A stretch of 64,000 nt of DNA from Camelus ferus. Its lineage: Eukaryota. Below, one piece after another: positions 40,501 to 52,293 of this stretch (the first letter of the stretch is position 1; every line of letters starts with the position of its first letter). The DNA is taken from NCBI RefSeq assembly GCF_009834535.1, contig NC_045696.1, positions 20,710,001 through 20,774,000 on the forward strand, written 5' to 3'. The notes beneath the pieces were generated by a model. It saw nothing but the letters and a program-made list of their open reading frames with translations. It ran no database searches and was not told the DNA's origin. A program made the position numbers and the translations under genes.

Positions 40501-40953
40501 ATTGGTCTGAAACATCGTCAGTTTCCTGGGGTGAAGTCTGAACCTGGCCTCCAAGCTCGAAGGGCAAGGAGAGACTGAAGAAAGAGACACTCCACTCCAG
40601 ATTGGTAAGTGGCGGTTTTGATAAGTAAAGGCCTTGCTTACGAGGCTTGTCTGGGGTGGTTCGAAATGAGTAGTTGTCCCTCCCCACCTGCCAGAATCTA
40701 AGGAGTTTATATGAGGCCTTAACGGAGTTAAGCCACATGCATAGTCAAAGTGGCCTCGACAACACATTACTTTCTTATGGTTCAGTCCTGGAAGGGACTC
40801 CTGGTGCAGGAAAAGTGGGCAGGGCATACATTCCAAGGACAGAGGAGGGCTAAGGAGCCTCTAATTGCCTGAATTGAGCTCATTTGCCTTCAAATGCTCT
40901 CCATGACGTCCTTCAACACTCCACCTGTCCTGACCGGCTCTTACAGTATTACA
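40500..40953 (-). mobile_element. 3' LTR of an ERV (class III-like)
   Basis: Follows env and an ERV-L-type polypurine tract GAGGGTGGAC|TGT (LTR start 40953; alternative GGTGGAG|TGT start at 40918); TATAAA at 40711-40706; U5-like end ...cttcaccccaggaaactgacgatgtttcagaccaata; no TGG primer-binding site follows. Confidence 0.75.
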
Positions 40954-40974
40954 GTCCACCCTCTTCTGCCCTGA

Positions 40975-42295
40975 GCCGTCAGCAAGGCTTTTTATTAGCA
41001 CAGAGATGCTGGCTGCATTGGTGGCAGATGCCACAGCAACAATATAGGCGCATGTAAGAGAAAGAACTGTTAAGATAATGATTCCCAAAATAGGTAGCCA
41101 TTTTTTCCACCTGGAGCCTCATGAGCTGAAACACTGATTTAAATCTCCTGGGTTGGGGCAGATCATTTACCGAGTTCACGTGTGTCCTCAGGCGTCTTAA
41201 TAAAGAGGGTGCATTAGCAGACTCTTCAGGTAGGAACACAACATTCTATTTGGATATTGGCACAGGTGTCTCATGGTGAGACAGGAGTAATGTCCAAGTC
41301 TATCCTATTTTGGCAGGTGCCTTTTCTCATTAGAGTCTTTCAGTATTCCTGAAGGAAAAGCTTTAGCGTTTTAGGCTTGCTGCTGGGTAAGTGAGTAAGG
41401 GCTTCTATATGTGCTATAACATTCTCTAGGCCAATGGAGGGACCAAAAACAATGGCCAAATGATTGTACCAGTGGAAAACAGAAAGTGTCTATCTGGCTT
41501 TGAGGAGAGGGGAGGTTGGCAAATTTCATTAACGTGGGGCAGATTCTCCCCTCTGTCCGGAGAAAACCTAGGGTGTAGCAGCCCAACCACCCAGGTGGAA
41601 GCCATGGCCAAAGATTTGTGCCGCACAACCACTGTGTCCCATTCGGTGCTACCCAGTAACTACCTGGGCTGCTTAATGAGTCAGTGCCAGGCCAGTTGCT
41701 TTCCTTCGATGTAGCAGAACGACCACCTGGTTCTGGTGACACCCACCCCATATTCCTGGTACAGTTCGGTTGGTTCTGTTTAGAGTGATTTTTCTGTTCC
41801 CAACTTAAGGGTGCACAAGTGCTCAAATGTCTGTAACCTGGGGTAGGTCACAGGAATCCATCCCCAGTCTGAGTGTAACCACAAGTGGCTCTGATGCTGG
41901 CAATTTTAGGACCCTTCTGGTCAGCTGTTTGGCACGCTGCCTGAGTAGTTTGACCAAAAAAAAAAGAAAAAGAGTACCCATGCCCAGTGTTATTGGTAGG
42001 GTGTGCTGCAGACCAGGTGTCTGGATTAGTATTGGTAGTGTAAGATGAATTAGGAGTACTAGTCCTGGCTTGTTCTTCCTTAATGTACTGCTTTAAGCTC
42101 CTCCAGGCCTTTCCCTGGAGTGGTGATAGCACCATGGAAATCCTGACAAGCTGATACAGGCAGCCCACATACCCAATAGTTGGATAGATTCCCTTGCTGG
42201 TCATATGAATGGGCCCACTGGTGAAAGTTGTTTCCATCAGATGCCCCTTCTGTGACTGGAAACCACAGTAGAAGACTTAAGGTTAAAAATGCATA
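40975..42295 (-). pseudogene. env: Decayed gamma-type retroviral envelope gene, ERV-R(b)/PABL-like
   Basis: Across frames: signal-like FLTLSLLLWFPV; QWAHSY; YWVCG (CXXC mutated, 42178-42167); SPLQGKAW; WEQKNHS; APNGTQWLCGTNLWPWLPPGWLG; R*TL|SVFHWYNHL...HIEAL; ISD-like QNRIDLDI; CX6CC CANIQIECC (41264-41238); TM WLPILGIIILTVLSL. Several stops and frameshifts. Confidence 0.93.
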
Positions 42296-42832
42296 TATTT
42301 AGTAGGAACTTTGATGGGAAGGTCTTCCCTTTCTGTAAGAACTACACTGTGGCTTGATCCTTAGATATTAATGTGGTTGCTGCTTTAGGAAATAGACCTG
42401 GTTGTACATACCATGCGTGTTGACCTGGAGAGGCAACACTGTAAGGAAATGAAATAGACAGGGGATGGAACCTGATGCCAGACCAGGACCTCGACCTGGT
42501 CCCCTTTCTCCATGGTGTATGTTTAAACAGGTCCAGCTTGCAGCAGGACAGTGGAATCTCAGAGGGGATTAAGTAGTTCCCTTCTCACCAAGGAGTGTGA
42601 AGTAAGTCACTCATTACTCATCATCATCCACCCCTTGCTTCCCATTGTCCAAGCCATGGGGTTAATCCTTTTAGAATTATGACATGGGCTCCTGCGTTGT
42701 CACTAGCCAAACCGTTCTGAGGTTAGCCCACTGGCTACTCTGGTTCTTTTCTGTTTCCATCCACATATCAGTGTCAGACTGAATGGTGACTGTAGTCCAT
42801 GTGGACACTTTGCCCCCACTAGACCTGTCTGT
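42280..42832 (-). pseudogene. pol: Remnant ERV pol: RNase H N-terminal part joined by deletion to the Pol C-terminal tail
   Basis: TDRSSGGKVSTWTTV...QSSQWANLRTVWLV and KGLTPWLGQW resemble class III RNase H (TDGS, SSQWAELRAV); GQHAWYVQPG...EDLPIKVPTKY resembles the Pol tail; no room for an integrase core. Confidence 0.8.
42439..42465 (-). promoter_or_regulatory. Candidate env splice acceptor
   Basis: Minus strand cccctgtctatttcatttccttacag|tgttg, about 150 nt upstream of the env signal peptide. Confidence 0.6.
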
Positions 42833-45679
42833 GTGTTTATTTCTCATTTTTAATTAAATACTGCACTGCATAACTCAGTACATGGTATATTAGAACATTA
42901 AAAACGATAATAGAACTATAAGCTTCAGTATTTGTGCTAGGAAGACAGAAATATTACATGCTTATTTTTGATGCCAGCCATTAAAATACCTAAAATTGGA
43001 AATGTCATTAAATTGAATAAAGGTTTTGATTAAAATTACACATTTAGATATTAACAAGCATATAACATTTTCTGTCTGATGCCTAAACCCTTCCATGTTC
43101 TCAGTTTAACATATTTGCTACCTTCAAAAGAACAAGAAAAACAAATGATAATGAATTTATTTTTATCTTTCATAAATAAAGGTTGACTCATGAGCAGGAA
43201 GTAAGCATGTGACCCAGTCATGAATCTGAATAAGTAAAATACTCTGAGAATAAATGGCTTTCCCAATGAAGCAAATTGATTTCTCTAGGACAGCAAGTAG
43301 TTTAGTTAATCATCTTTTCTTCCTTTGTACACAGTACCCTGCTCTCCTGAAATGTTTACATTTACCTTACAGGAGGAAATTGCTCATCTCCAGAGACCTT
43401 TACTCATCTGACTCACTTTGCTCTCATATCAAAGGCTCATTTTGGTTAAGAATTTCCACCATGCTAAAAAAACCCAAATATTTATGCCAGTATATTTTCA
43501 ACTTTTCTCAATATTTTAAATGCTTTGGCTCAAAACACCTTAGCAATTATCAGAATAAATCCATTATTGTACTACTATAAATATACAGATATTCACTTTA
43601 TTTTTAAACTAAATGAGCTATATATTACACTTAGCTGTCAGATTTCCATTTCAGGAGACTCAGTAGGGAAACCAGGAGATGTCATTAATGTAACTTAAAA
43701 ACTGAAAACAAAAATTAGTATAAAATACTCTCTTGCCATTGATTTAACAGAAAAGATTTCAAGAGAAAATTAGCAGTAAAAATACGTGGTAACAACAGGC
43801 ATAAATTGTATTTTGTTTTACTTAACACAGCACTGCAACCTACCAGTTTATGAAGAAGTATAGTTATACTCTCAACACCACAGTTTGATGTCATTGATTA
43901 AACAATATGGCTGTTAACACCTAAAGCAGCAGTAGCTTAAGTAACACTGTAATAAAATGATTACTATGAGCACATTAGGTAGGCAGAACAATAAAAGTTT
44001 GTAAGGGTCTCTAAATATTGTAATTTGGAGGAAAATATAAATGATGGTCCATTGATTTCTGTGTAATATTTTCTGCTTTATGCAGCAGGAATAAAACAAA
44101 AGTATCACATAAATAAGCACTTGGGGTAGTAATACATTGAAAAGTATTTTGTGGGAAATTTTCATGTTTTCACTAAGAAGATTTTATTTTTAAAGTCATG
44201 GGTCTGTGCATGTAAATTGCATAGCAATATTATAGGGGAATAGGAGAGATGAATAAATGGAAGGAACTTATTTAAAAATCAAACTTGAGGACTGCCTACA
44301 AATCAGAGTGAGTTTAAGATTGTGACATTTATTGTAAAGGGAACTACAACTTTGAATTCTGTTGTAAAATTATTGTTTTATCTTACAATTAAATGATGGC
44401 ATTTATCAGAGGTTTGAACAATGTGGTTCACAGAAAAGAAGTATTTCTGTCAGACCAGGCAAGGATTAAGAATTTCTAAATTCTACATACATCTCTGAAA
44501 GAATTCTACTCTCCAACTTGCATTTCATTATCTGCAAAATGGCAAAGGATATGCCCTATATTTTCATTAATGTTTTGAAGGAAAGAGGATGGGCGTGCTT
44601 CCATTCCTTGTGGTAGTGCCAGTTATTTCTATGCTGTCCTAAAACATAAACCTCGGAGTGACTTTCAACTTTCCTCTGCCTTTTACATATTAAATCAAAG
44701 GCCACTTCTTGCTTTGTTCCATAGCGTAGTTTTTATTTTATGTTACCTTAAAAGCACAGCATGAAACAGGACTAGGGCATAGGTAGCATGTAAGTGATGG
44801 GTGAATAGGAGTGAGGGAAGGAAAAGTCAGAGAGACAGAAGAGGAAAAGAGGTCAGCAAGGGACTTTTCTCCTGCAGGTTGTAAGGACTCCATTCATCCA
44901 GGACTTCTGAGAATCATAGTTGCCTCCCAGAATTGTCTGTTTAAAGAAAGGTTGTCTGGGACAATTATCGTTGGGCTCCTCTCTTCCAGCGGATCTTGGG
45001 AGAGAGGAGAGGCACTCAGCGTACTTCCCAACTGCGCTTGTCTGTAGTTTTGGTAAACAGCCTGTGGCAGAAAGGACACAACTGTATACTGTGCACTGGA
45101 GTTAGCCTGCTGTAGACAGAGGTTGGCCTAGAGTTGGAATGCAGGAAAACAGAAACATCTACCACACAGAGCCCCATTTTCCTGGAAGTCCGTAAATGCG
45201 GACAGATAAAGCCATCATTATGCAGTGCTCCCCACTACCTTTATGAAACTGTGCCTCACATACATTTAGGATATATCATAAAATCAGAGTTTAGGTTAAA
45301 GGAATCTTGGCATCAACCTTAACATAGCCTCCTCTGAATTTTACTCTGTGCATGACAGGAAGAGAGACAGAGATGATTGAGAACAGTGGAAAGTGTTACA
45401 CTTAGAGAAGTCTTCTAATATGAATAAAAACCTGAAATTTAAAAAAAAAACCTTTAGGAGTAGAATTTTTAAGAGACAAATGAAAGGACATATTTTCTTT
45501 TTATTGTAGAAGTTTATGACAAGCATACCTTCTACTTTTTAATGAATCATCCCTTTGATCTATGCAAATGCTCCAAAACTAAAAAAGAAAAAAAAGTATC
45601 CTGCTTCAACCATTCATATCACCATAGTTCTAAAGAAATATTTTGCAAATAATAGTGAGAAATATATCCTTAGAGTCAG

Positions 45680-48600
45680 TCTTTATATCTGAGAATGCGA
45701 GTCACCAGCTTTGTTCTTCTTTAAGGATATTGTTTCTATTTCTGGCTTTAACATTTTTGTTTACAATTTATAATCAGTTGGTTAACACACACACTCTGCA
45801 GCAATTAATTTAAATCAGTTTCATTTTGAATGTATAGATCAATTTGGGGGAAAACCAGCATATTTAAAGTATTGAGTTCCCTATTCCTGTGTGCATGATC
45901 TGTCCTTTCATTTGTTTATATTTTATATTTTTCTCTAAGTACTATTGCATATTTTTCTGTGTGGAGCTATTACATCTATTTTGTTGTATCTAGTGATAGG
46001 CATGTGATTTTTGAGGTTCACACAAAATTAAGCTGAAAGCATAAAGAATTCCCTTGTACCCACTGCTCCCACACATGCACAGCATCCCACTGTCAATATC
46101 CCACACTGTAGTGTTACTTTTGATACAACTGATGAACCTACATGATACAAAATTAACACCCAAAGTTCAAAGTGTACATCAGAACTGTTCTGTAGGTTTT
46201 GACAAATGTAAGATGGCACGTCTCCATGCCATCTCACTGTAGTATCATGCAGAGTAGTTTTGCTGCCCTTGAAGTCCTCTGCTCCACCTATTCATTCCTT
46301 CCTTTCCCCAACCCCTGGCTACCAGTGATCCTTTTCATGTCTCCATAGTTTTGCCTTTTCCAGAATGTCATGTAGTTGGAAACATATCGTATGTGGCCTT
46401 TTCAGTTAGCTTCTTTCACTTAGTGAAACACATGTAAGATTCCTCCATGAATTTCTTTTAATTGCTCAATGGTATTCCATCGTCTGGATGTACTGTGCTT
46501 TATTTTTCCATTCACTTACACCTCTGTTGCTTCTGACTTTTGGCAGTTATGAAGAAAACTGCTGTAAACATGTGAGTGTGATTTCTTTTTTTAACATTTA
46601 TTCAATCTTGCACTAATATAAACTTGGTTATTATATATTATCTTCTTATGTACTGTTCAACTCAGTTTGTTAATTTGGCTTAAAATATTTGGATTTTTAT
46701 TTGTACCAGAGATTTGATGTAAGTTTTCTTTCTTGTACAGTCTGTAAGGTTTTAGTGTTAATATGCAAGCTGAAAGTTTCTCTTTTTGTATGATTGTTAC
46801 AAAGTTTAAATATTAATGATATGCTAGCCACATATAATATCTTGGAAATATTCCCCTTTTTTCTATTTTCTAAAAGAATTTCTATGAAGTTAACATTAAT
46901 ACTTCTTCACAATACTGTAAGAGTTCACTAATGAAATTTTGGCAATGCTGTAAAAAATTGATTCAAGTATGTCATAACTATAGAACTATTTATATTGATA
47001 ATTTTTCTTCAATTAGAAAATCTTTTTTTCAAGAAATTTCTCTACTTCATTTAATTTAAGAAATTACTGATATTAAATTGCTATTCTCTAGTAACTTTTA
47101 GATAGAAAGAATTCATTTTTTATCTTTCCACCTAAGTATAAATTATAGCTTTGATTTAATTTTTAGGCAGTCTTCCTGCAGATATGGACATTTTATTAAT
47201 GTTTTCCAAAAATCTGCTTTGGCTTTGTGAGAGTCCTCTTTCATATGAATGATTTCTAAATAACTATGTTTTGTTCTCATGTTTATCATGTCCTTTCTGC
47301 TTTTTCCTATGTGTTGTGGGGACAGAGGAGCTATTTACCTACTTCTTGTGATGGATACTTAAAATACTGATTTTGCAGCCTCTATTTCTATTAAATGAAT
47401 TTTAACTGTAAACTTCCCTGTAACAATTGGTTTTGCTGCATCCACAAATTTTATGTCATATTTTCATCATATATACGTCAAACTATATGCAAATTTATTT
47501 GTAGATTTACTCTTTAACTTACAAGTTATGTTACTTATTTGTGAATGTCTATTTCTTACTTTCTAAATATGTGAATGTTTAGGTTATGTTATTATTACTA
47601 AGTTCTACTTTGATTCTGCTGTGCTGATATAAAACATTCTAAATACTTAATTATTCAAAATTTTAACACTTGATTTATGGACTATTGTGGTCTAAATTTG
47701 GGCTGTGTGTGTTCTATTTTGGTGAATGCGCCATATGAACTTGAAAATAAACTGTTCTGTTCGTATAATGCTTTATAAATGAAAATAAGATTCAGCTTGT
47801 CAATTATATTATGACATTTCTAATTTACTTACTGATACTATCATCTGATTTCTTTGTAATTTACTGATAGAGGTGTATTTAAAATCTGCAGTATGATTAA
47901 GGATTTGTCTTTCTATTACAGTAGTCACTGTTTTATATAGAATAAATAAAAATATAGTGTTTTTTCTTCCTGGAATTTAGCCCTTATCAGTATAAATATC
48001 ATTTTTTATCTCTAGTAGCACATCTGGCCTAACATCTTATTTTATGCAAGGCTGGTATGTCCATAATCACATTCTTTATTTTTAATTGAAGTGTATTTTT
48101 AATTGAAATTGTTATATGAGCTTCAGGTGTGCAATCAATAGTGATTCAATATTTTATAAATCATACTCCATTTAAAATTATAAAATACTGTTTAAAGTCT
48201 CTGTGCAGCACATTATATCCTTGTATCTTATTTATTTTATTATTACTATTATTATTTTTATTTTATACATAGTAATTTGTATCTCTTAATCCCCTCCTCC
48301 TATTTTGCCCCTCCATCACTTGTCTCCCTACTGATAAACACTAATTTTTTCTCTGTATCTGTGGGTCCGTTTCTGTTTTGTTACATTCATTCCTTTCTTT
48401 TGTTTTTTAGATTCCACATATAAGTCATAATATACAGGATTTGTCTTTGTCTCATTTATTTCACTAAGCATAATACCCTCTAGGTCCATCCATATTGTTG
48501 TCAGTGGTAAAATTTTACTCTTTTTTATGGCTGGGTAATAGTGTATCTATATACCCCACACCTTCTTTATTCATTTGTCTGTTGATGACACTTAGATTGC

Positions 48601-51600
48601 TTCCATATCTTGACTGTGGTAAATAATGCAGCTGTGAATATTTGGGTGCATTTATCTTTTTGAATTAGTATTTTTGTTTTCTTCGGATATATGCTCAGGA
48701 GTGGAATTGCACGATCATATAGTAGTTTTATTTTTATTTTTAGCAGAAACTCCATACTGTTTTCCATAGTGATAGCACCAGTTTACTTTCCCACTGACAG
48801 TAAAGTAGGGGTCCCCTTGCTCCACGTCCTTCCCAAAATCTGTTATTCATTGTCTTTTTGATGATAGCCATTCTGACAGGTGTGAGGTGATATGTCATTG
48901 TGATTTTGTTTCATATATGCTTAGTGATGCTGAGCATCTTTTCATATGTCTGTTGGCCATTGGTATATCTTTTTTGGAAAAGTATCTAATTCAGATCTTT
49001 TTCCTGTGTTTTAATTGTTTTTTGTTTTTTTTTTAAATATATATTGAGTTGTAGGAGCTCTTTATATATTTTGGGTATTAACCCATTATCAGACATATCA
49101 TTTAAAAATATCTTCTCCAATCCAGTAGGTTGTCTTTTTGTTTTGTTGATGGTTTCCTTTGCTGTGTAAAACTTTTTAAATTTAGATAGGTCTCATTTGT
49201 TAATTTTTGCTTTTGTTTCCCTTGCCGGAGAAGACAGATCCAAAAATATTGCTAAGACATGTCAAACGGTGTATTGCCTATCTTTTCTTCTGGGAGTTTT
49301 ATGGTTTCTGGTCTTACATTTAGGTCTTTAGTCCATTTTTGTTTATTGTTGTATATGATGTGAGAAAATGTTCTAATTTCATTCTTTCACATGTAGCTGG
49401 ACAGTTTTCCCAGAACAGCTGATTGAAGATACTGTCTTTTACCTATTGTATTTTTTTGCCTCTTTTGTCATAGAGTAAATGACCATAAGTATGTGGGTTT
49501 ATTCCTCGGCTTTTTATTCTATTCCACTGATCTGTGTGTCTGTTTCTGTGACAGTATCGTACCATTTTGATTACTGTAGCTTTTATTATATCTGAACTCA
49601 AGGAGAGTGATGCTTCCAGCCTTGTTCTTTTTTCTCAAGCTTTGTTTGGCTATTTGGGGTCTTCTGTGGTTCCATGCAAATTTTAGAATTATTTGTTTTA
49701 GTTCTGTGAAAAATGTCATGGGTATTTTGATAGGGATTGCATTAAAACTGTAGATTGTTTTGGGTAGTATGGGCATTTTAATGATAACTAATTCTTTCAA
49801 TCCATGAACACTAGATATCTTTCCATTTGTTTGTGTTATCCTCAATTTCCTTCATCAGTGCTCTGTAGTTTTCAGAGTATCACCTCCTTGGTTATGTTGA
49901 TCCGTAAGTATTTTATTCTTTTTGATGCAAAAAAGTGAGATTGTTCTCTTCTTTTCTCTCTCTGATAGTTTATTATTAGTGTATAGAAAAGCAATGTGTT
50001 ACTGTGTATTAATCTTACAGCCTGTGAACTTACTGAATTTATTTATTGGTTATAATAGTTTTTGATAGAGACTTAAGGGTTTTCTAAATAAAGTATCATG
50101 TCATCTGCAAATAGAGACAGTTTTACTTGTTTCCTCACAATTTTGATTTTTTTAAATTTATTTTTCTAGTCTAATTGCTGTGCCTAAGACTTCCAATACT
50201 ATTTGGCATAGAAATGGTAATCATTGGCATCCCTGTTTTGTTCCTGATTTTAGAGGAAAAGCTTTCTGTTTTTCACCATTAAGTATAACGTTAGTGTGGA
50301 TTTGTCACAAATGGCCTTTATTATTGAGATATGTTCCCTTTTTACCAAGTTTGTTGAGCATCTTTATCATGAATAGGTGTTGAATTTTGCCAAATGCTTT
50401 TCCTGCATCTATTGATTTTTATCCTTCGTTTTGTTAATGTAATGTTGATTGACTGGTTTGCAGAAATTGAACCATTCTTCCATTCCTGGAATAAATCCCA
50501 CTTGATCGGGGTATATGATCCTTATTGTATATTGTTTACTTTGGTTTCATAATATTTTGTTGAGATTTTTGCATATATATTCATCACAGATATTGGCCTG
50601 TAACTTTTTTTTTTTTCTGAAGTGTCTGTCTGGTTTTGGTGTCAGAGTAATGATGGCCTCATAGAATGAATTTAGGAGTATTCCCTCCTCTTCAATTTTT
50701 TAGAATATTTTGAGAAGGATAACTGTTAACACTTCATTATACGTTTGTAGTTCCCCTGTGAAGCTATCAGGTCCAGAACTTTTGTCTGATGGTATTTTTT
50801 GATAACTGATTCAATTTCAATACTAGTAATTGGTCTATTAAGATTATCTATTTCTTTCTGATTTAGTCTTGGAAGGTTGTATGTTTCTAGAATTTTATCC
50901 ATTTCTTCTGGGTTGTCCAACTTGTTGGCACTTAACTGTTCATAGTATTCTCTTGTCTTTCTGTTATACCACTTGTAATTTCTCCTCTTTCATTTCATAT
51001 TTTATTTGTGTCCTCTGTCTTTTTTTCTTAATGAGCTTGGCTCAAGGCTTATTAATTTTGTTTGTATACTCACATTTTTTTTTTTTTTGGTTTGTGCCAG
51101 CATGGTATATATATTTTTTTTATCATTTTTTACTTTGAATGTTGTGTATGTTTATAGTTAAAATGAATAGTTTATAAGCAGCATATAATTAATGATGTAG
51201 TATACTTGTAGTATATTTATAGTATATAGATGGCTGACAATTTATTTTATAACATTTCTAATTGGAATATTTCTTTTATATATACTTAAAGGTATACTTA
51301 TATTTTGAGATTAGGTCTAACACCATACTCTGCTATTTTTCCATGTGTTCTTTTTTCTTTTTCTGTCTACCTTCTTTTGGATTAATCAAATGCTTATTAT
51401 TCTTCTATTTTTCACTTTTTAGTATTGTAATTATAATTTAATCATTTTGGTGGTCATTGTAATGATTACATTATGTATCTTTGAATCATTATAGTGCATC
51501 CAAAATTAATACTTTTATATTTTTAAGGCTAAAAAAAGACCTAAGAAGTTTTTAAGGCAAACAATTCTGAAATTCCATTTGCTCCCTTCTATTTGCATAT

Positions 51601-52100
51601 TCTGCTGGTGAATATTTTAATTCATATATGTTTTAAATGCAGAAAGACTTTTTTTTATAGTTTTGATAGTAAATATTTACTTTCATTTACCAACCTACTT
51701 ATTCTATTGAAATGTTAATTTCTTTCTGCATGACCAGGTTTCCACATCATTACACATAGAATCTGTACACTTTGGCATGAAGAATGTTTTTAGGCATTAT
51801 TTTAGGGCTATAGTCTGACTAATTTCTCTCCATGTTGTGTGTTTGTGTGTATGTATGCATGTGTGTATGTGTGTGAATGTGTGTTTTAATTAAGAAGATA
51901 CCTTTATTTCTCTTAAGTGAGCAAAGATACATTTTCTGGGAGTAGAATTCTTGTTGAACTTTTTTTTTTTCTTTCAGTATTTAAAGGTGTCGTCTGTTGT
52001 CTTTTGGCTTTAACTGACACCTTTTTTTTTTTCTTTTTTTTGGGGGGCAAACGTCTTTGTATATAGATGATTCTGACCCATTTGGGTCTTTGATTTGTTT
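45680..52100 (-). mobile_element. Cluster of old, highly diverged L1M-type fragments hosting nested insertions
   Basis: T-rich antisense L1 motifs (ccagctttgttcttc, ttgaatgtatagatcaatttgggg, gcatggtatatatattttt); an L1MC/MB-type 3' UTR piece at about 46010-46590. Confidence 0.7.
48075..51065 (-). mobile_element. 3 kb 5'-truncated LINE-1 (ORF2 RT region to 3' UTR) nested in an older L1
   Basis: ORF2 peptides [55 protein letters not shown] and YDRAIPLLSIYPK; flanking duplication ataatcacattcttt (48063-48077) / atactcacatttttt (51066-51080). Confidence 0.95.
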
Positions 52101-52261
52101 GTAGGCCTTGACAGATTTCCTGTTTACCCCTTCTTCTAAGGGGTCTTGACAGAAAAGTAGTGAATGGTTACTAGGACCTGCGTTTCCACAGGCCCAGAAC
52201 TGCAGCTTCAGGAGCCTCAACATCACCAGTCAGATTGACAGTGTCTCTGCTCACACTTTTT

Positions 52262-52264
<3 letters not shown>

Positions 52265-52288
<24 letters not shown>
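52265..52288. repeat. (TG)n microsatellite
   Basis: Direct reading. Confidence 0.95.

Positions 52289-52293
<5 letters not shown>

Noticed and set aside
40219..40836. Longest ORF (205 aa) and overlapping ORFs in the island
   Set aside because: Runs through LTR and GC-rich promoter DNA where stops are scarce; no domain-like content recognised.
40975..42295. Functional syncytin-like gene
   Set aside because: Multiple stops and frameshifts; CXXC and cleavage site are lost in this copy.
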